64,000 nt of DNA from Octopus bimaculoides. Lineage: Eukaryota. The position numbers were made by a program, and so were the translations under genes. Position 1 is the stretch's first letter; each line of letters starts with the position of its first letter. The stretch is taken from assembly GCF_001194135.2 (NCBI RefSeq), contig NC_068985.1, positions 1,756,092 to 1,820,091 of the forward strand, written 5' to 3'. The notes beneath the pieces were generated by a model. It saw only the letters and a list, made by a program, of their open reading frames with translations. It was not told where the DNA came from and did not search any database. Shown one piece after another: positions 1 through 12,192 of this stretch.

Positions 1-679
1 TTCTTAGAATCCAACTTCTTAATCAGAGTAACAATAATTCCAAAGAACAAAAGTTAGTTATAAGGACTGTGTAGCTCAAGCATATAACGAATGGCACATG
101 ACGTACACATCCCCTCGTATCCTTTATATTAGTGATGGGTTAGTGATGGAATAGTAGAAAGAGTGAGATTAAAAAGTATTGTGTGATCAAGAACAATAAG
201 GTCCACAGTAAATGAGAGCAGGAGAATAAACGGAAGGAAAGAATAGAGCAAAGACAGCATAAAGAAAAATAAATAAAAAAATGTAGGGAAAGCCCGTAAA
301 AAATGGAAAGGGTCATAAACTGCCGTATAGAATTAGACCAGTTGAGAAAGGTCATACGTTAGAAATTGAGGAAGATGGAATTAGGATGTAAAACATCTTC
401 CAGAGTTCAATTCATTAAAAGGAAAAGAATGAAAGAGAAATAATTTAGTCTTCGTCTTTAAGTGAATGGAAGAAGGTTCTTTGGTGGCCTAAATACAGAA
501 TAAGCATCCAAGCATGAAGGTTATTCAAGGCAGAAGGTGGGGGTAAATGTATAAAAAATAACCAAACAGTGAAGAACGGAAAGTAATGGGAAAAAGAAGA
601 ATAAAATGAAGGAATATAAAAAAAGAATAAAAGGAAGATTGGGGAAAGTAGAGGAAGGAAAGAAACTATGAAGTTATGT

Positions 680-760
680 CATCATCATCATCATCGTTTA
701 ACGTTCACTTTCCATGCTGGCATGGGTTGGATGGTTTGACTGAGGACTGGCAAGCCTGAA
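680..760 (-). mobile_element. Short 3' tail fragment of RTE-type LINE/SINE ((GAT)n tail)
   Basis: (CAT)n followed by gtttaacgttcactttccatgctggcatgggttggatggtttgactgaggactggcaagcc, same motif as the longer copies at 960 and 37.9 kb. Confidence 0.75.
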
Positions 761-957
761 GGATGACGATAAATATGATTCATCTATTTGAAGATTAAGA
801 TATTACGAGGATAAAGGGATTCTATAACTTTAATTAGGCCAAGTTTATAAGTAAAACAGATGAAGAAAGGTATATAGAAGAAGCTAAGATAAGAATATTA
901 AGATAAAATATAGGTAATGGAATTAAAGAATATTGATCTATGCCAAAAAGTAAATCA

Positions 958-1350
958 TTATCATCATCATCATCGTTTAACGTCCGCTTTCCATGCTGGC
1001 ATGGGTTGGACGGTTTGACTGAGGACTGGCAAGCCAGGAGGCTGCACCAGGCTTCAATCTGATCTGGCAAGGTTTCTACAGCTGGATGCCCTTCCTAACA
1101 CCAGCCACTCTGAGAGTGTAGTGGGTGCTTTTTATGCACCACCGACATGAGGACCAGTCAGACGGTACTGGCATCGACTACACTTGAATGGTGCTTTTTA
1201 TATGCCACCAGCATGGGAGCCAGTCAGGTAGCACTGGCAATGGCCACGTTTGTACTGTGCATTTTACATGCCACTGGTATGGGAGCCAGTCCGGTGGCCA
1301 TGCTTAAATGATGCTTTTTATGTGCCAGTCAGGCAGTACTGGCATCAGCC
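958..1350 (-). mobile_element. 5'-truncated RTE-type LINE 3' UTR with (GAT)n tail and internal subrepeats
   Basis: Reverse complement of the 3' UTR that follows RTE RT coding sequence at 37.3-37.9 kb; many copies in window. Confidence 0.75.
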
Positions 1351-2184
1351 ACTTTGAAAATATGATATCTATAGGATGTAATTGCATCCTGATGTCTGCT
1401 AAAGAGCTAATTCTGATTTACCAATAATTTTTCCAGAGATTCCCTAAAACGTGAATTGCATGTTGTGCAACCACCTTAGTAAGGTCTTCCAGCCCCCAAA
1501 ACAAACCCTGTAATCTCATAGGAAAAATTCTCAGCCCTAAGGTAATGGATAGAATTTGCTAATACAGTGGATAATTTTGCCCTTAATATTAGTAAAGGAG
1601 CAAACATGAGCTGAGTATTGTCTTATGACATCTCTGGAAGATCCAATGTCTATTTCAGTTGAAATTAGGTGCTTACTATAAAGAGTGCATCTGTAAACTA
1701 CATTATATTGTAAGCATTGATTAGCCCAAGGGCCCTGGGGACAATTACTGGGTACTAAATAATTACAATTTTTCATATCACTTATTAAACAACCATTAGA
1801 AATAGTGTTCTATTACTATTCCAGTTCATCACAGTATTTAACATTATCAATACTATTAATGCTATTATTATTGTCATTAAATGTATTAGATGGATGCCAT
1901 TTTGGCACTCCTTCCTGCAGAGCCTAGGGCTTACATTTAAACAGATATCATATTCGTTCGTAATATTGTTTTCTACTTGTTTGATGTGTATAACTTCTTC
2001 AGTATGCATGCCTCTTTGCGTAATACTCATTACTGCATCAACCAGTTGCTGAACTTTTGAAACAGCTGTAAAGAAGTATCTAGGAATATTTTCGTTTTTG
2101 TAGTTATGTTTATGGTTATGTTTATATAACATCTTTTGTAAACAATATGAAATATATAATACCATATGTATGTATTTGTCCATT

Positions 2185-2186
<2 letters not shown>

Positions 2187-2230
<44 letters not shown>
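2187..2230. repeat. (CT)n microsatellite
   Basis: Direct read. Confidence 0.95.
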
Positions 2231-2232
<2 letters not shown>

Positions 2233-2249
2233 ATGCGTGTGTGTGTATT

Positions 2250-2870
2250 ACAACAAAAATTTTTATTTTGGACATAGAGTTACCAAAGGTTTCGTATTCA
2301 AGAAAGCCAAAGCCTTGTGGACAGCTCGTCAGACGCTATACAAAGATAACATTTTAACTTTCTACGTTGCTGACATGAGAAAATGCTCAGAAATTGAGAT
2401 TTAAGTCTTAACATATAAAAATGTTAATGAGGACGAGTTGTCTCCCCTGAACCAGAAGATTTTTTAAAAAAACCCTTATAGACCCAAAAAAGCCTCACCA
2501 ACAAATGGGGGGGATCCAATTTTCCAGTAGGTAGCACTTGAAGAAGATAGTCATAAAGAAGTTTTCTTTAAATGTATTTCACGTGCCAGATTTAGTATAA
2601 TCCTTAAGAATTTTCACTCTCTCTGCGATGAAGATTTTGCAACAGCTACTCCCATTACTATATGGGCCTGGATGATCTATTATTTTCCATATGATATGAC
2701 ATGGGGTCCCCTGATCTTTGAGGTGCCACACATGGCTGGCTATGGATGTGACAAACCATCTTTCTGGGACTCTGAAGGCTGACTGGTGGTTGCAGAAGTG
2801 ACGCTTGAAAGATGTACTGGCCAACCCAATATATTTACAAACTTGGGATATGGTTACATTCGCATTCCTG
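2250..2870 (-). mobile_element. Penelope-like element 3' end: GIY-YIG endonuclease remnant followed by pseudo-LTR
   Basis: ORF 2579-3052 contains KYIGLASTSFKRHFCNHQSAF...SHVWHLKDQGTPCHIIWKIIDHPGPYSNGSSCCKIFIAE, matching the PLE GIY-YIG pattern YIG.....FK.R...H..SF...S.H.W.LK...I.W.I....PY.....C..C..EK; hammerhead motif directly downstream. Confidence 0.8.
2273..2340 (-). ncRNA. Type I hammerhead ribozyme motif in PLE pseudo-LTR (stem II partly decayed)
   Basis: UAUAGCGU-CUGACGA-[32 nt stem II region]-GAA-ACC UUU GGU-A-ACUCUAUG; stem I 7/8 pairs, canonical core, GUA triplet. Confidence 0.7.
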
Positions 2871-3214
2871 GTGTATCTCTGATAGGCTTCGGGCCTGGGG
2901 ATGCAGTTGGTAACATCGTTGCTGATGCAGTCGATATGGTACAATGATCTGGTGATGTTATCACCATGGTTATCACTACTGGTCAAATGGCTGGCGATGT
3001 AGCTACTAGTGTAGGTGTGGCTGGCGGGAACATGTAGTGCAGGGTCAGTCATCCATCGGTGTCAATGATAATTGTTTGGTCATCATCTGTGGTGGTGGTA
3101 CTGGGAACAGTGGATACCTCCTCTGTGTTGCTGGTCCTGGATTGGTCATCATCTCTAAGTGTAGCCATTGAACTGGTGGTAACATATGGTGCAGGGTTGG
3201 TCATTCTATCTGTG

Positions 3215-3812
3215 TCTACTGGCACCTCTTGATGCAACTGTCCTCATTCATACGCATTACATGACCCAACCAGCACAGTCTTCTCTCTTACATTCTACAC
3301 CTGAGGCCATGTATACCCAGTTTTCCCCTCAAATCACTTACACTCTCTCATATAAGCACACTGACATTGTCCACCCAGTGAAGCAAACTGGCTTCATTTC
3401 TTTCAAGCGTTTGCATATCCTCAGTAGTCACAGACCATGTCTCACTGCCATGTAGCATAGCTGTTTGTATTCAAGCATCATACAATCTGCCTCTCACTCT
3501 GAGGAAGAGGCCCTGCATTGCTCACAGAGGTAGTAGCTCTCTGAACTTCACCCAACCTGTTCTTATTCAAGCAGCTATGCTTTCAGAACAACCGCCCTCA
3601 CTTGGTTACCTAAGTATCAGAAACTGTCTACTACTTCTAGGGATTTCCTGCTTATCAATACATTGGTCTTTGCTAAATTAATTCTAAGGCCCTTTGATTC
3701 CAGAATTTGCTTCCTTACCTAAAATTTCTTCTCCAGTTCTGGTAGTGATTCATCAATAGGAACAAGACCATCACCATAGAGGAGCTCCCAGGGGCAGCCA
3801 GTCTTAAATTCC
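3215..3812 (-). mobile_element. RTE-clade LINE reverse transcriptase remnant
   Basis: Minus strand reads [17 protein letters not shown] (ELLYADDL motif), LESKGLRINLAKT, then MLHGSETWSVTTEDMQTLERNEAS...RRLCWLGHVMRM with stops. Confidence 0.85.
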
Positions 3813-3849
3813 TCAGTTATAGCCTGTATATAATTGTACAAATAGATAA

Positions 3850-4200
<351 letters not shown>

Positions 4201-4486
4201 CATTAACTGAAAACTATTACCAACTTTCGACATTCGCATATTGTGTTAGTTTAAATGTTTAAAATCTTAAACATGATTTATGTCTTGTACATTGTACGAT
4301 TTTGGTGCAGATGTTTACGTAGCTTCTGTAATGGAGAATCTTATTAACTTTCAAATTAATACATAGCTTGGGTATGTGGTAGATGGCTGGAAGCTTAGAT
4401 CATATGATAACATTCAGCTAATAACACTGAATATATTACTCATGTGTACATTTATTCCTCCATTCGCTGTGATGGCTCCTGTGAGT

Positions 4487-4489
4487 ATA

Positions 4490-4548
<59 letters not shown>

Positions 4549-4649
4549 NNNNNNNNNNNNNNNNNNNNNNNNNNNNNNNNNNNNNNNNNNNNNNNNNNNN
4601 NNNNNNNNNNNNNNNNNNNNNNNNNNNNNNNNNNNNNNNNNNNNNNNNN

Positions 4650-4712
<63 letters not shown>

Positions 4713-4759
4713 TATAAACATATGCATCCAAGTATACACTCAACTACCACATACATACA

Positions 4760-4790
<31 letters not shown>
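4487..4790. repeat. (TA)n / (TACA)n microsatellite spanning an N gap
   Basis: Direct read. Confidence 0.95.
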
Positions 4791-4792
<2 letters not shown>

Positions 4793-4869
4793 TATGCATA
4801 CATACACACATGTACAAGGTGCATCAGGAAACCCAGGAACAAAACAGATGCAAGATTAATCTGAATCAC

Positions 4870-5740
4870 TAAAGAAGTGAAACAACATACTCCCAGAAAA
4901 TGGCAGATACCTTTGGCACATGAGAAGAAACATGGTTATTCCAAAACTCTCTCAGCCTCATTAGCTTCCCTAATGCAACAATGGAAGGGAGTTGCTGAAT
5001 CAGGTAACCCCGGTGCATATCAGTCATCACATTTGTGGCATCAGCTTTAACAAATCCTTGACTCCATAAACATCCAACCAATTCCCACTTTAGATGCAGC
5101 AGCCCAGGTTATTTGAACAAAGACAGTTAATAGGCCACATGTTGCAGTCACATGATCATAAAAATTCTTAATCAGACACTTTTGTGATACATGAGCCATG
5201 TGAGAGAGAGAGGGAGAGAGAGAGCAGAGTGTTGGAAGATGCAGGGTCCTCTTGCTTCAAACACTTGAACAAAGATTTGACCATGTCCAAGGCCTCTGTG
5301 CAAGTAGTGGCATTGACCAAGGAACTCTGTGAGAAGTAAGGTGGCATGACCATAGTCTGTATTATTGAGGATTATAAGAAATGATAGAAGCTTCATTTAC
5401 ATATTGTCAGCATTTCTGTGGGGTTCCATGCCAAGTCACATGTTGCACCTCCCTTTGACCTCCTGGTTGAAATCCTTAGCATTAGAGAAGCACCAAACCT
5501 TTTGACCAGGCCACATGGTTTTCTTAGGTCTTGTGGGAGTTGAACAATCCTTTCTTCCCATGTGCATGATGGCCTCATACTCCACACATATAATAGTGAA
5601 CACCAGCCCCTCGAGCTGTTCGGAAATGGCTCTTCTCAACCCACTACTTTTGTCATTTAGGATGTCCTCAATTTGTAACACCTTTGTGAGAGTAAAATTC
5701 CAGAAAGAAACTTAGTTTCCCATCATACTTTACAGGAATT
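4870..5740 (-). mobile_element. Unclassified degenerate coding-like transposon remnant (possibly L1/Tx1 C-terminal region)
   Basis: GC content above background and several overlapping 60-80 aa ORFs on the minus strand; only faint motif resemblance. Confidence 0.25.
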
Positions 5741-5751
5741 TTGCTACATAT

Positions 5752-5779
5752 CCATCATCATCGTCGTCGTCGTCGTCGC

Positions 5780-5824
<45 letters not shown>

Positions 5825-6010
5825 GGCATAGGTTGAACAGTTTGAGAGGAGCTGGCCAAGCGGGAGCCTGCACCAGACTTCTGTATTTGCTTTAGCAGGA
5901 TTTTTATGGCTGGATGCCCTTCCTAATGCCAACCACTTTACAAGTGTGGACTGGATGCTTTTTACATAGCACCAGCCCTGGCAGGGTCACCAAGTGACTT
6001 GCAAGACAAT
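5752..6010 (-). mobile_element. RTE-type 3' UTR fragment with (GAT/GAC)n tail
   Basis: Shared gctggatgcccttcctaatgccaaccac motif and CAT repeat. Confidence 0.7.
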
Positions 6011-6619
6011 GATTCTTTGAGAGAGAAAGGGGAATTGGAGGTGATCTTGCACCGGATGATGGAAGTTTAGAGTGTGACAGAGAGAGAGAGAAACAGGTGT
6101 CTTGCTGTAGAAGTGATTCATGATTACCTGGTCAGAGGGAGAGAGAGAGAGAGAGAGAGAGAGAAAGAAAATGAGAGAGAGAGAGAAGATTGAGGCCAGT
6201 ATCAGGTGTGTTGCTATAGAAGAGGTACATGGTTACCCAGCAAGAGGATGAGAGAGAGAGTGGAAGAGAGCAGGAGAGAAATGGTGGTGAAGTGCCAGGG
6301 CATGCTCACAAGGATCAGGTGTCAGAAATAAATGGAATCGTAGAGAAGAGCCAGGGAGAGATATGTGGTGGCAACATGGAAGGGCATGCCCTCAAGATAT
6401 GGAGTCAGAATATAAATGGTAGAGTATTGCCAAGGTGAATGAATAGGGAGTGGAAACTTCACGTGAATGTAAGGAGTAGGGGGTGGTAGGCAGTGACTGG
6501 TAAAACCTGGGCATATCGAGGGCGTGGGGGACAACAAGATATTAATGATACAGTGGGGACAAGATTGGGGGGGGAAAAGATATTGCAACAACAAAACTTT
6601 AGCTACATTTAGCATGATG

Positions 6620-7560
6620 AGAGTTTAAAGCTGCAAAAACCCATTGTTCTGTGATTCTATAGCTTTTAGTGGATGTCATTGCTTGTCCAGCCCTGCCAAC
6701 AAAAAGGAAATGGTGTGAGAAAAAAGCTCTTGTAATGGAAAAAGATATTATGGGAACAAAAGAAGGGATAGGTGTGGTGTTAAATATGTAGGCTTGAATG
6801 GATAGTTACGGAACAAATGGTAGGGTAGATATCATTACCAAAGAATTTTTTCATATTGAAGACAAGGGTTGAGGGGTGAAGGCTGAGGAAATGAAGCTCA
6901 AATCCATGATGAGTGGGAGAAGCAGCAGAGCAAAGAAAACTATCAAGGAATGTGTTGTGAAAAATGGTATCAACCGGGTTATGATTCCTTCTGAAGATGG
7001 TGTATGATGTGTTTTCATCACTTACCAATATCAAATGGTAAGGTTGAAGTGACTCTGTTCATTGTTGATGGTGTGGTACATGTTCTAGTAGCAGACACGT
7101 CATCCTCTGTAAGGTATGTCTGCAGCACAACCAAATCTTTGGAACCTTTGTTGCTACACAAAAGCAACAATGGAGCAGAAACATGACAATGAGATTCAAC
7201 AGCAAGTTGCAGCAACCATCTTGTTTTCCCGAAGGATGATCTGAAAGAGCAATAGAGGGGCAGAAACAGAAGAAATCACAGCCAGATTTCTGTATTGGGA
7301 GGTTTTGTTGAATTTAAAGAAACTACTCGTATTTGCCAGCCATGTTGCAATAACAAAAGGAAGACAATGTGAGCTGACAGCAAAGCCTGACTTGTAAGAA
7401 AGAGCTGATGACTTGAGTTGATGGTCCCTTAAGAGAGTAATACGAAGTGGGTGCATAAAAGAGCCTAAAATATGAAGGACTTGAGGGGGTAATGAGAAAA
7501 TGCCACAAAGCACCAGCAGAGGGGTCAATACTATCAAAAGATGGCAAGTTCAACATATGT
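6620..7560 (-). mobile_element. Highly degraded CR1/Jockey-group LINE RT
   Basis: Colinear decayed motifs on minus strand: NKTSQYRNLAVISSVS (~P.NYRPISLL), STLPFDIGK (~ALDISKAFD), FPQPSPLNP (~VPQGS.LGP), QWVFAALN (~W.V.FN). Confidence 0.4.
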
Positions 7561-7589
7561 GCCAATCAAGTGGAAGGGTGCAGTGCAAG

Positions 7590-7800
7590 ATCATCATCAT
7601 CATCATCATCATTGCTTAACGTCCGCTTTCCATGCTGGCATGGGTTGGACGGTTTGATTGAGGACTGGCAAGCCAGGAGGCTGCACCAGGCTCCAATCTG
7701 ATCTGGCAAGGTTTCTAACACCAACTACACTGAGAGTGTAGTGGGTGATTTTTACATGCCATAAGCACAGGGACCTGTCAAGCAACACTGGCATGTACAA
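7590..7800 (-). mobile_element. RTE-type 3' UTR fragment
   Basis: (CAT)n plus ttaacgtccgctttccatgctggcatggg motif. Confidence 0.75.
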
Positions 7801-8073
7801 CATATATATAAATATATATTTCTTATTCTTATATACTATCTATTTGTTATTCTTAAACAAGAATATTATTAACAGTGACTTCAAAGTTCCAGCCAGTTAA
7901 GTCATCATTGGACTGTGATGTGTTGAGGTTAATGTTGGCTTTCTATAGTCTGTTGAATTAAAATCTTCCTTGGGTGGAATGGGAACTAGGTTTTAGGATG
8001 AGTTGTTGTGGAAAGGTGTTTTGTAGAATTTTTTATTGCTTAAATATATTTACATACATAGGTACATACATAG

Positions 8074-8121
<48 letters not shown>

Positions 8122-8366
8122 NNNNNNNNNNATCATCCTCATCATCATCATCATCATATATATATATATATATTGTACATGTAAATAAAAAGAAAAAGAA
8201 GGAAGATCATATTCATCTGTATATAATATATACTTCTGAACTACTGTAATGTGTATCTAAAGTTCATTTATTATAGTGAACAACGTTAAACTTGTGTTAA
8301 TGCCATTTAGCTGAAGTAGTAGAAATATGGAGACCATTTTAATTTAATGTATTACCACTGGTCTAG

Positions 8367-8411
8367 ATGAAAAATGGCATAAGCAGGTGCAAGCAGAATG
8401 TAGAAATAAAG
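8367..8411 (+). CDS. Candidate internal exon, unknown host gene (DEKWHKQVQAECRNK)
   Basis: ctag| acceptor, strong AAG|gtgagt donor, 45 nt, phase 1-1, stop-free; no homology recognised. Confidence 0.3.
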
Positions 8412-8727
8412 GTGAGTAGATAATATATTGCCATAGGAACTTTTGAATAATTAATAGATCTGAGTTATGATATTGCTAATATGATGTAGGTAGAATAAAA
8501 GACAAAAATAATAACTTATAGTTGGCTTGAGTTGACTAAAATTTACCAACATGAAGATATATGTGTGCGTGTGTATATATATATATATATATAAATATAT
8601 ATATATGTACACACACATATAAGCATAATTGCTTTCGCTTATATGTAAAAACAAATAAACATTCACTGAATAAAGGATTCCTTAACAGAACTGTATTCTT
8701 ATTTCTAAGAATTGCTTGTAACTTCAG

Positions 8728-8777
8728 AGTTTCACCAAAACTGGTTTTCTGAGCAGTTTGAAATTTTGAAGTCATTG
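8728..8777 (+). CDS. Candidate internal exon (EFHQNWFSEQFEILKSL)
   Basis: ttgtaacttcag| acceptor, TTG|gtattc donor; joins in phase with 8367-8411. Confidence 0.25.
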
Positions 8778-9839
8778 GTATTCTATGTATGTATGTATGT
8801 GCAAACATAGATGGATAGTTAGATAAATAGATAGAGAGACAGAGAGACCGACAAAGAGATAGATAGATATGTATACATACATACGTACATATATACATAG
8901 ATACACACATATGTGTATGTATGTGTTATTCATTCTTAAATACGGACAACAGTATTCATACTCCTACACACACAGTTAATTTTGCATCAGAAATCATAAC
9001 CCAACCCACTAAACATTTAATACCAATATTCTTGATAAACACCAACCAATCACATTCAAGTGTTCCTCCCTGAAACCAGCCTACTGCTTCTTACTCATCT
9101 TGGTTTCTTGAAATTCTCTAGCTCTATCTAAATAGACATTTAATGAGCGCTATTCTTCATATATGTTCATCTAATCACAAACACATTAACTCTTTCTCTT
9201 AATAAAAACTGTGTGTGAAAGTTCAAGCTTGCCTTTCTTCCCTGAACCTAAGAACTGTAATATTCTAATTGCTTTCCTTTTCTAATTAGAAGATCTCAAC
9301 AAATAAATTGGTCTACAGATTTTCCACTGATGAAATAGCTTACCTTAAATTATATACTTTTATGATATTAAGTGATCGGCTGATTTGATTTGATTCTTTT
9401 TAATAGAGAAAGATCTGGTCTCCAACGCAGACACAAAACTTCTTCATTAGAATTTAGACTGTCACCGAGGTAGTCACCTATGGGTCTGTATACCTAGTCA
9501 TGTATGTATATTAGAGTATGTATATATCTGTGCATACACACATGCACATGCACATACACACACACATATCTGTAATCTTGGATTTCATTGCATGTACAAA
9601 GCTGTATGCTATGTCTTAGGGATGTTTATTCCTGTGTCTTATGCTCTTATAACTTGCTAAATGTCTGGAATGTTTTAAATATCTTCACAGTTCCATTAAT
9701 GGTTTGTAAGTATAGCTACCTAGTTAGCCCTGTCACTTTTGATTTTGTGAAACCCAGCAGCTCAAGGCTGGAGTTACATACTCAAATACCCCAATAATTT
9801 CAGGTATAAATCTAAAGCTATCATTCAGGTCTTATTTGT

Positions 9840-10345
9840 GCAAATGTTTCATTAGTATAACACAAATCTTTTCTTTTTCATTTAACCTTAAAATCATGCT
9901 GACACCAGAAGAGAAAGGGATTTCTCTTACCAGACCCGTTTTTTTTCTGTGTCCCAGATCATTGTACTTGGTCTCCTACATTTACAGCGGTTTAAAAAGA
10001 AATATTTGCCTAGTATTCTTTCATATTAGGAATGATCCTCCACATTACTTTTCCTTTTTATATTCTGATCTTCAGGACTCATTTCAACAGATTGCTTTTT
10101 CCATGGCATCATATCTCATAAGTAATTGGTATCCTGATGGCATTTTCAGACAGTTGTATAAGACATCACTGACATCTTTGATTTTAATTCAATAAGGTCG
10201 CCACCATTGTGCATCAGTTACTTTGTTGTTATTTCTTGTTCCTGTATTCCAAAAGCAAGCCCTTCAAAGTGAGAGCGAATATTCCAGTTGTTGGTCCAAC
10301 ATAGATAATCTATATTACTATCACTTTGAAGCATCTGACATTATT
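9840..10345 (+). mobile_element. Probable Penelope-like RT C-terminal remnant
   Basis: DSFQQIAFSMASYLISNWYPDGIFRQLYKTSLTSL resembles PLE F..E...L...L..NGYP..I....I...L; weak. Confidence 0.3.
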
Positions 10346-10351
10346 GCCCTG

Positions 10352-10614
10352 TATAACCAGCTTCTTATTTCTTTATTGCCCACAAGGGGCTACATACAGA
10401 GGAGACAAACAAGGATAGACAAACAGATTAAGTCGATTACATTGACCCCAGTGCATAACTGGTACTTATTTAATCGACCCCGAAGGGATGAAAGGCAAAG
10501 TCAACCTCGGCGGAATTTGAACTCAGAACGTATCGGCAGACGAAATACCGCTAAGCATTTCACCCGACGTTGCTAACGTTTCTGCCAGCTCGCTGCCTTT
10601 TATAACCAGCTTCT
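10352..10614 (-). mobile_element. Full-length SINE (family B, head ggcgagctggcagaaacgttag) with 14-bp TSD
   Basis: TSD tataaccagcttct at 10352-10365 and 10601-10614; body matches copies at 12.2, 17.4 and 22.5 kb. Confidence 0.9.
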
Positions 10615-10616
10615 GA

Positions 10617-10790
10617 TACATGAGGTCTGATCAAAAAGTATTGGTGCTATGGTAACAGAGCTAAACTATGCAGAGTGAAGCCGCTTGGTACAGATTGACC
10701 TTCAACTCTGTCACACATGCACACGACATTATGATGTTCCATAGCTTTCACTGGGTACCCTATGTGAAGTTCCTGCCTACATCATTCCTA
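10617..10790 (+). mobile_element. Mariner-like 5' terminal fragment
   Basis: tacatgaggtctgatcaaaaagtatt resembles a mariner TIR start after TA. Confidence 0.35.
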
Positions 10791-10857
10791 CAAATCGAAC
10801 AGGGCCAGGTACCTGAGGATGGGGTAGGGTCCTGTCAATTTCCTTGCTTACTAGGAC

Positions 10858-11420
10858 CTTAGTCTTTTCTAAGTTAACCTTAAGGCCCTTAGATTCCAGG
10901 TTTTGCTTCCACACCTGGAATTTTTTGTCTAGCTCTAATATAGAATCTGTTATGAGGGCAGGATCATCAGCATATAGTAGTTCCCAGGGGCTTCCAGTCT
11001 TGAATTCCTGTTATGGTCTGGAGGACAATGACGAAAAGGAGGGCACTAAGGACTGAGCCTTGATGAACCCCTACCTGCATACCAATGTCTACCTTATCGT
11101 ACAACAGGGTACTCTACCAAAGGCTTTCTCCAGATCTCCAGGTATAATGGCTTATTCTTAGCTAAGTATTTGTTTTTGTATTTGCCTGACTATGAGAAAT
11201 TAATTGGGCAATAACTCTCTCCATAATCATCACCCTGTCCAGGAGTTCAATGCCGTTATAATTGCTTCTATCTGACGCATCACCCTTACCCTTGTAGCAG
11301 CTAACAATTATGCTACTACACCAGTCACTGGCTATAACATCTTCTTGAATGGCCTGATTAACTATGTGGGTAATCAACCCGTATCCTATCTTATTGCATA
11401 TTTTGGGCATTTCAGCTGTG
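10858..11420 (-). mobile_element. RTE-clade LINE reverse transcriptase remnant
   Basis: DWCSSIIVSCYKGKGDASDRSNYNGIELL, DLEKAFGRVP, FKTGSPWELLYADDPAL...LESKGLKVNLEKTK. Confidence 0.9.
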
Positions 11421-11491
11421 ATTCTGGATTGACCATATAAACATCAGACAATGAGAATGAGTGCCTAACACTGCATTTGTGGATAAAGATT

Positions 11492-11711
11492 CTTTATTTG
11501 TATATTAAGGCTACCATTGGTTTCATGTAATGGTGAGTGCCTCAAAAATTATCAAGCCTATCACATGGAAACATCAGTGTTCATCTCCATTTTGGATTAA
11601 AATGCTTTAATCCAAGATGGAGATCAACTCCAATTTGCCATATGATAGGCTCGATAATTGTTGAGGTATTCCCTAACATGAAACCAATGGTAGCCTAATA
11701 CACAAATAAAG
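11492..11711. mobile_element. Foldback/MITE-like ~220-bp imperfect palindrome
   Basis: Arms tttatttgtatattaaggctaccattggtttcatgt...atctccattttggattaaa and its reverse complement around a 4-nt loop (atgc). Confidence 0.8.
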
Positions 11712-12192
11712 TGTACCTTCCCTGGGTGTGTGTATTGCTTGTTCCAAAACAGCTCTTAGATGCTCTTTTTCAACTGCCATTATGTTTTCTGTCTCAAATC
11801 TATGGATGCACTTTGACACTCAATAATTAAAAGATGTTTTTGAAGTCTTGTATTTATTCAAAAACTTTTGAATCACTATTAAGCTGCTCCCTTATTGTTT
11901 TTGTCTTAAGTAGGGGCAGCATATAATGCTGGTTGTCTGATGTGGACATACTTAGAATCCTTAGATAGTTTGGGCAGTGGGGTTTACACTTGTAACCCCA
12001 CTGAAGCTTGTAGCTAAAATGTTTGGTATGAGTACAAGTAGTACGTACAGTTTAGGTGACCGATGTATTACGTGCCCCAGTTCTGATGACCATTTCTCAT
12101 TTCGGTGTTAGATTCTCTGGTTATGCTTTTTTTGTTATAACTTGCAGCGACAGAACATATTTTCATCTATTCTTAAGCACCCATATCATTTC

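Noticed and set aside
9407-9470. Possible exon ERSGLQRRHKTSSLEFRLSP
   Set aside because: Phase does not join neighbouring candidates; weak donor; length expected by chance
9958-10121. Exon-like segments (IIVLGLLHLQRFKKKYLP / RLISTDCFFHGIISH) with good acceptors
   Set aside because: Region also reads as a decayed Penelope RT C-terminus and donors are weak; cannot be supported as host exons
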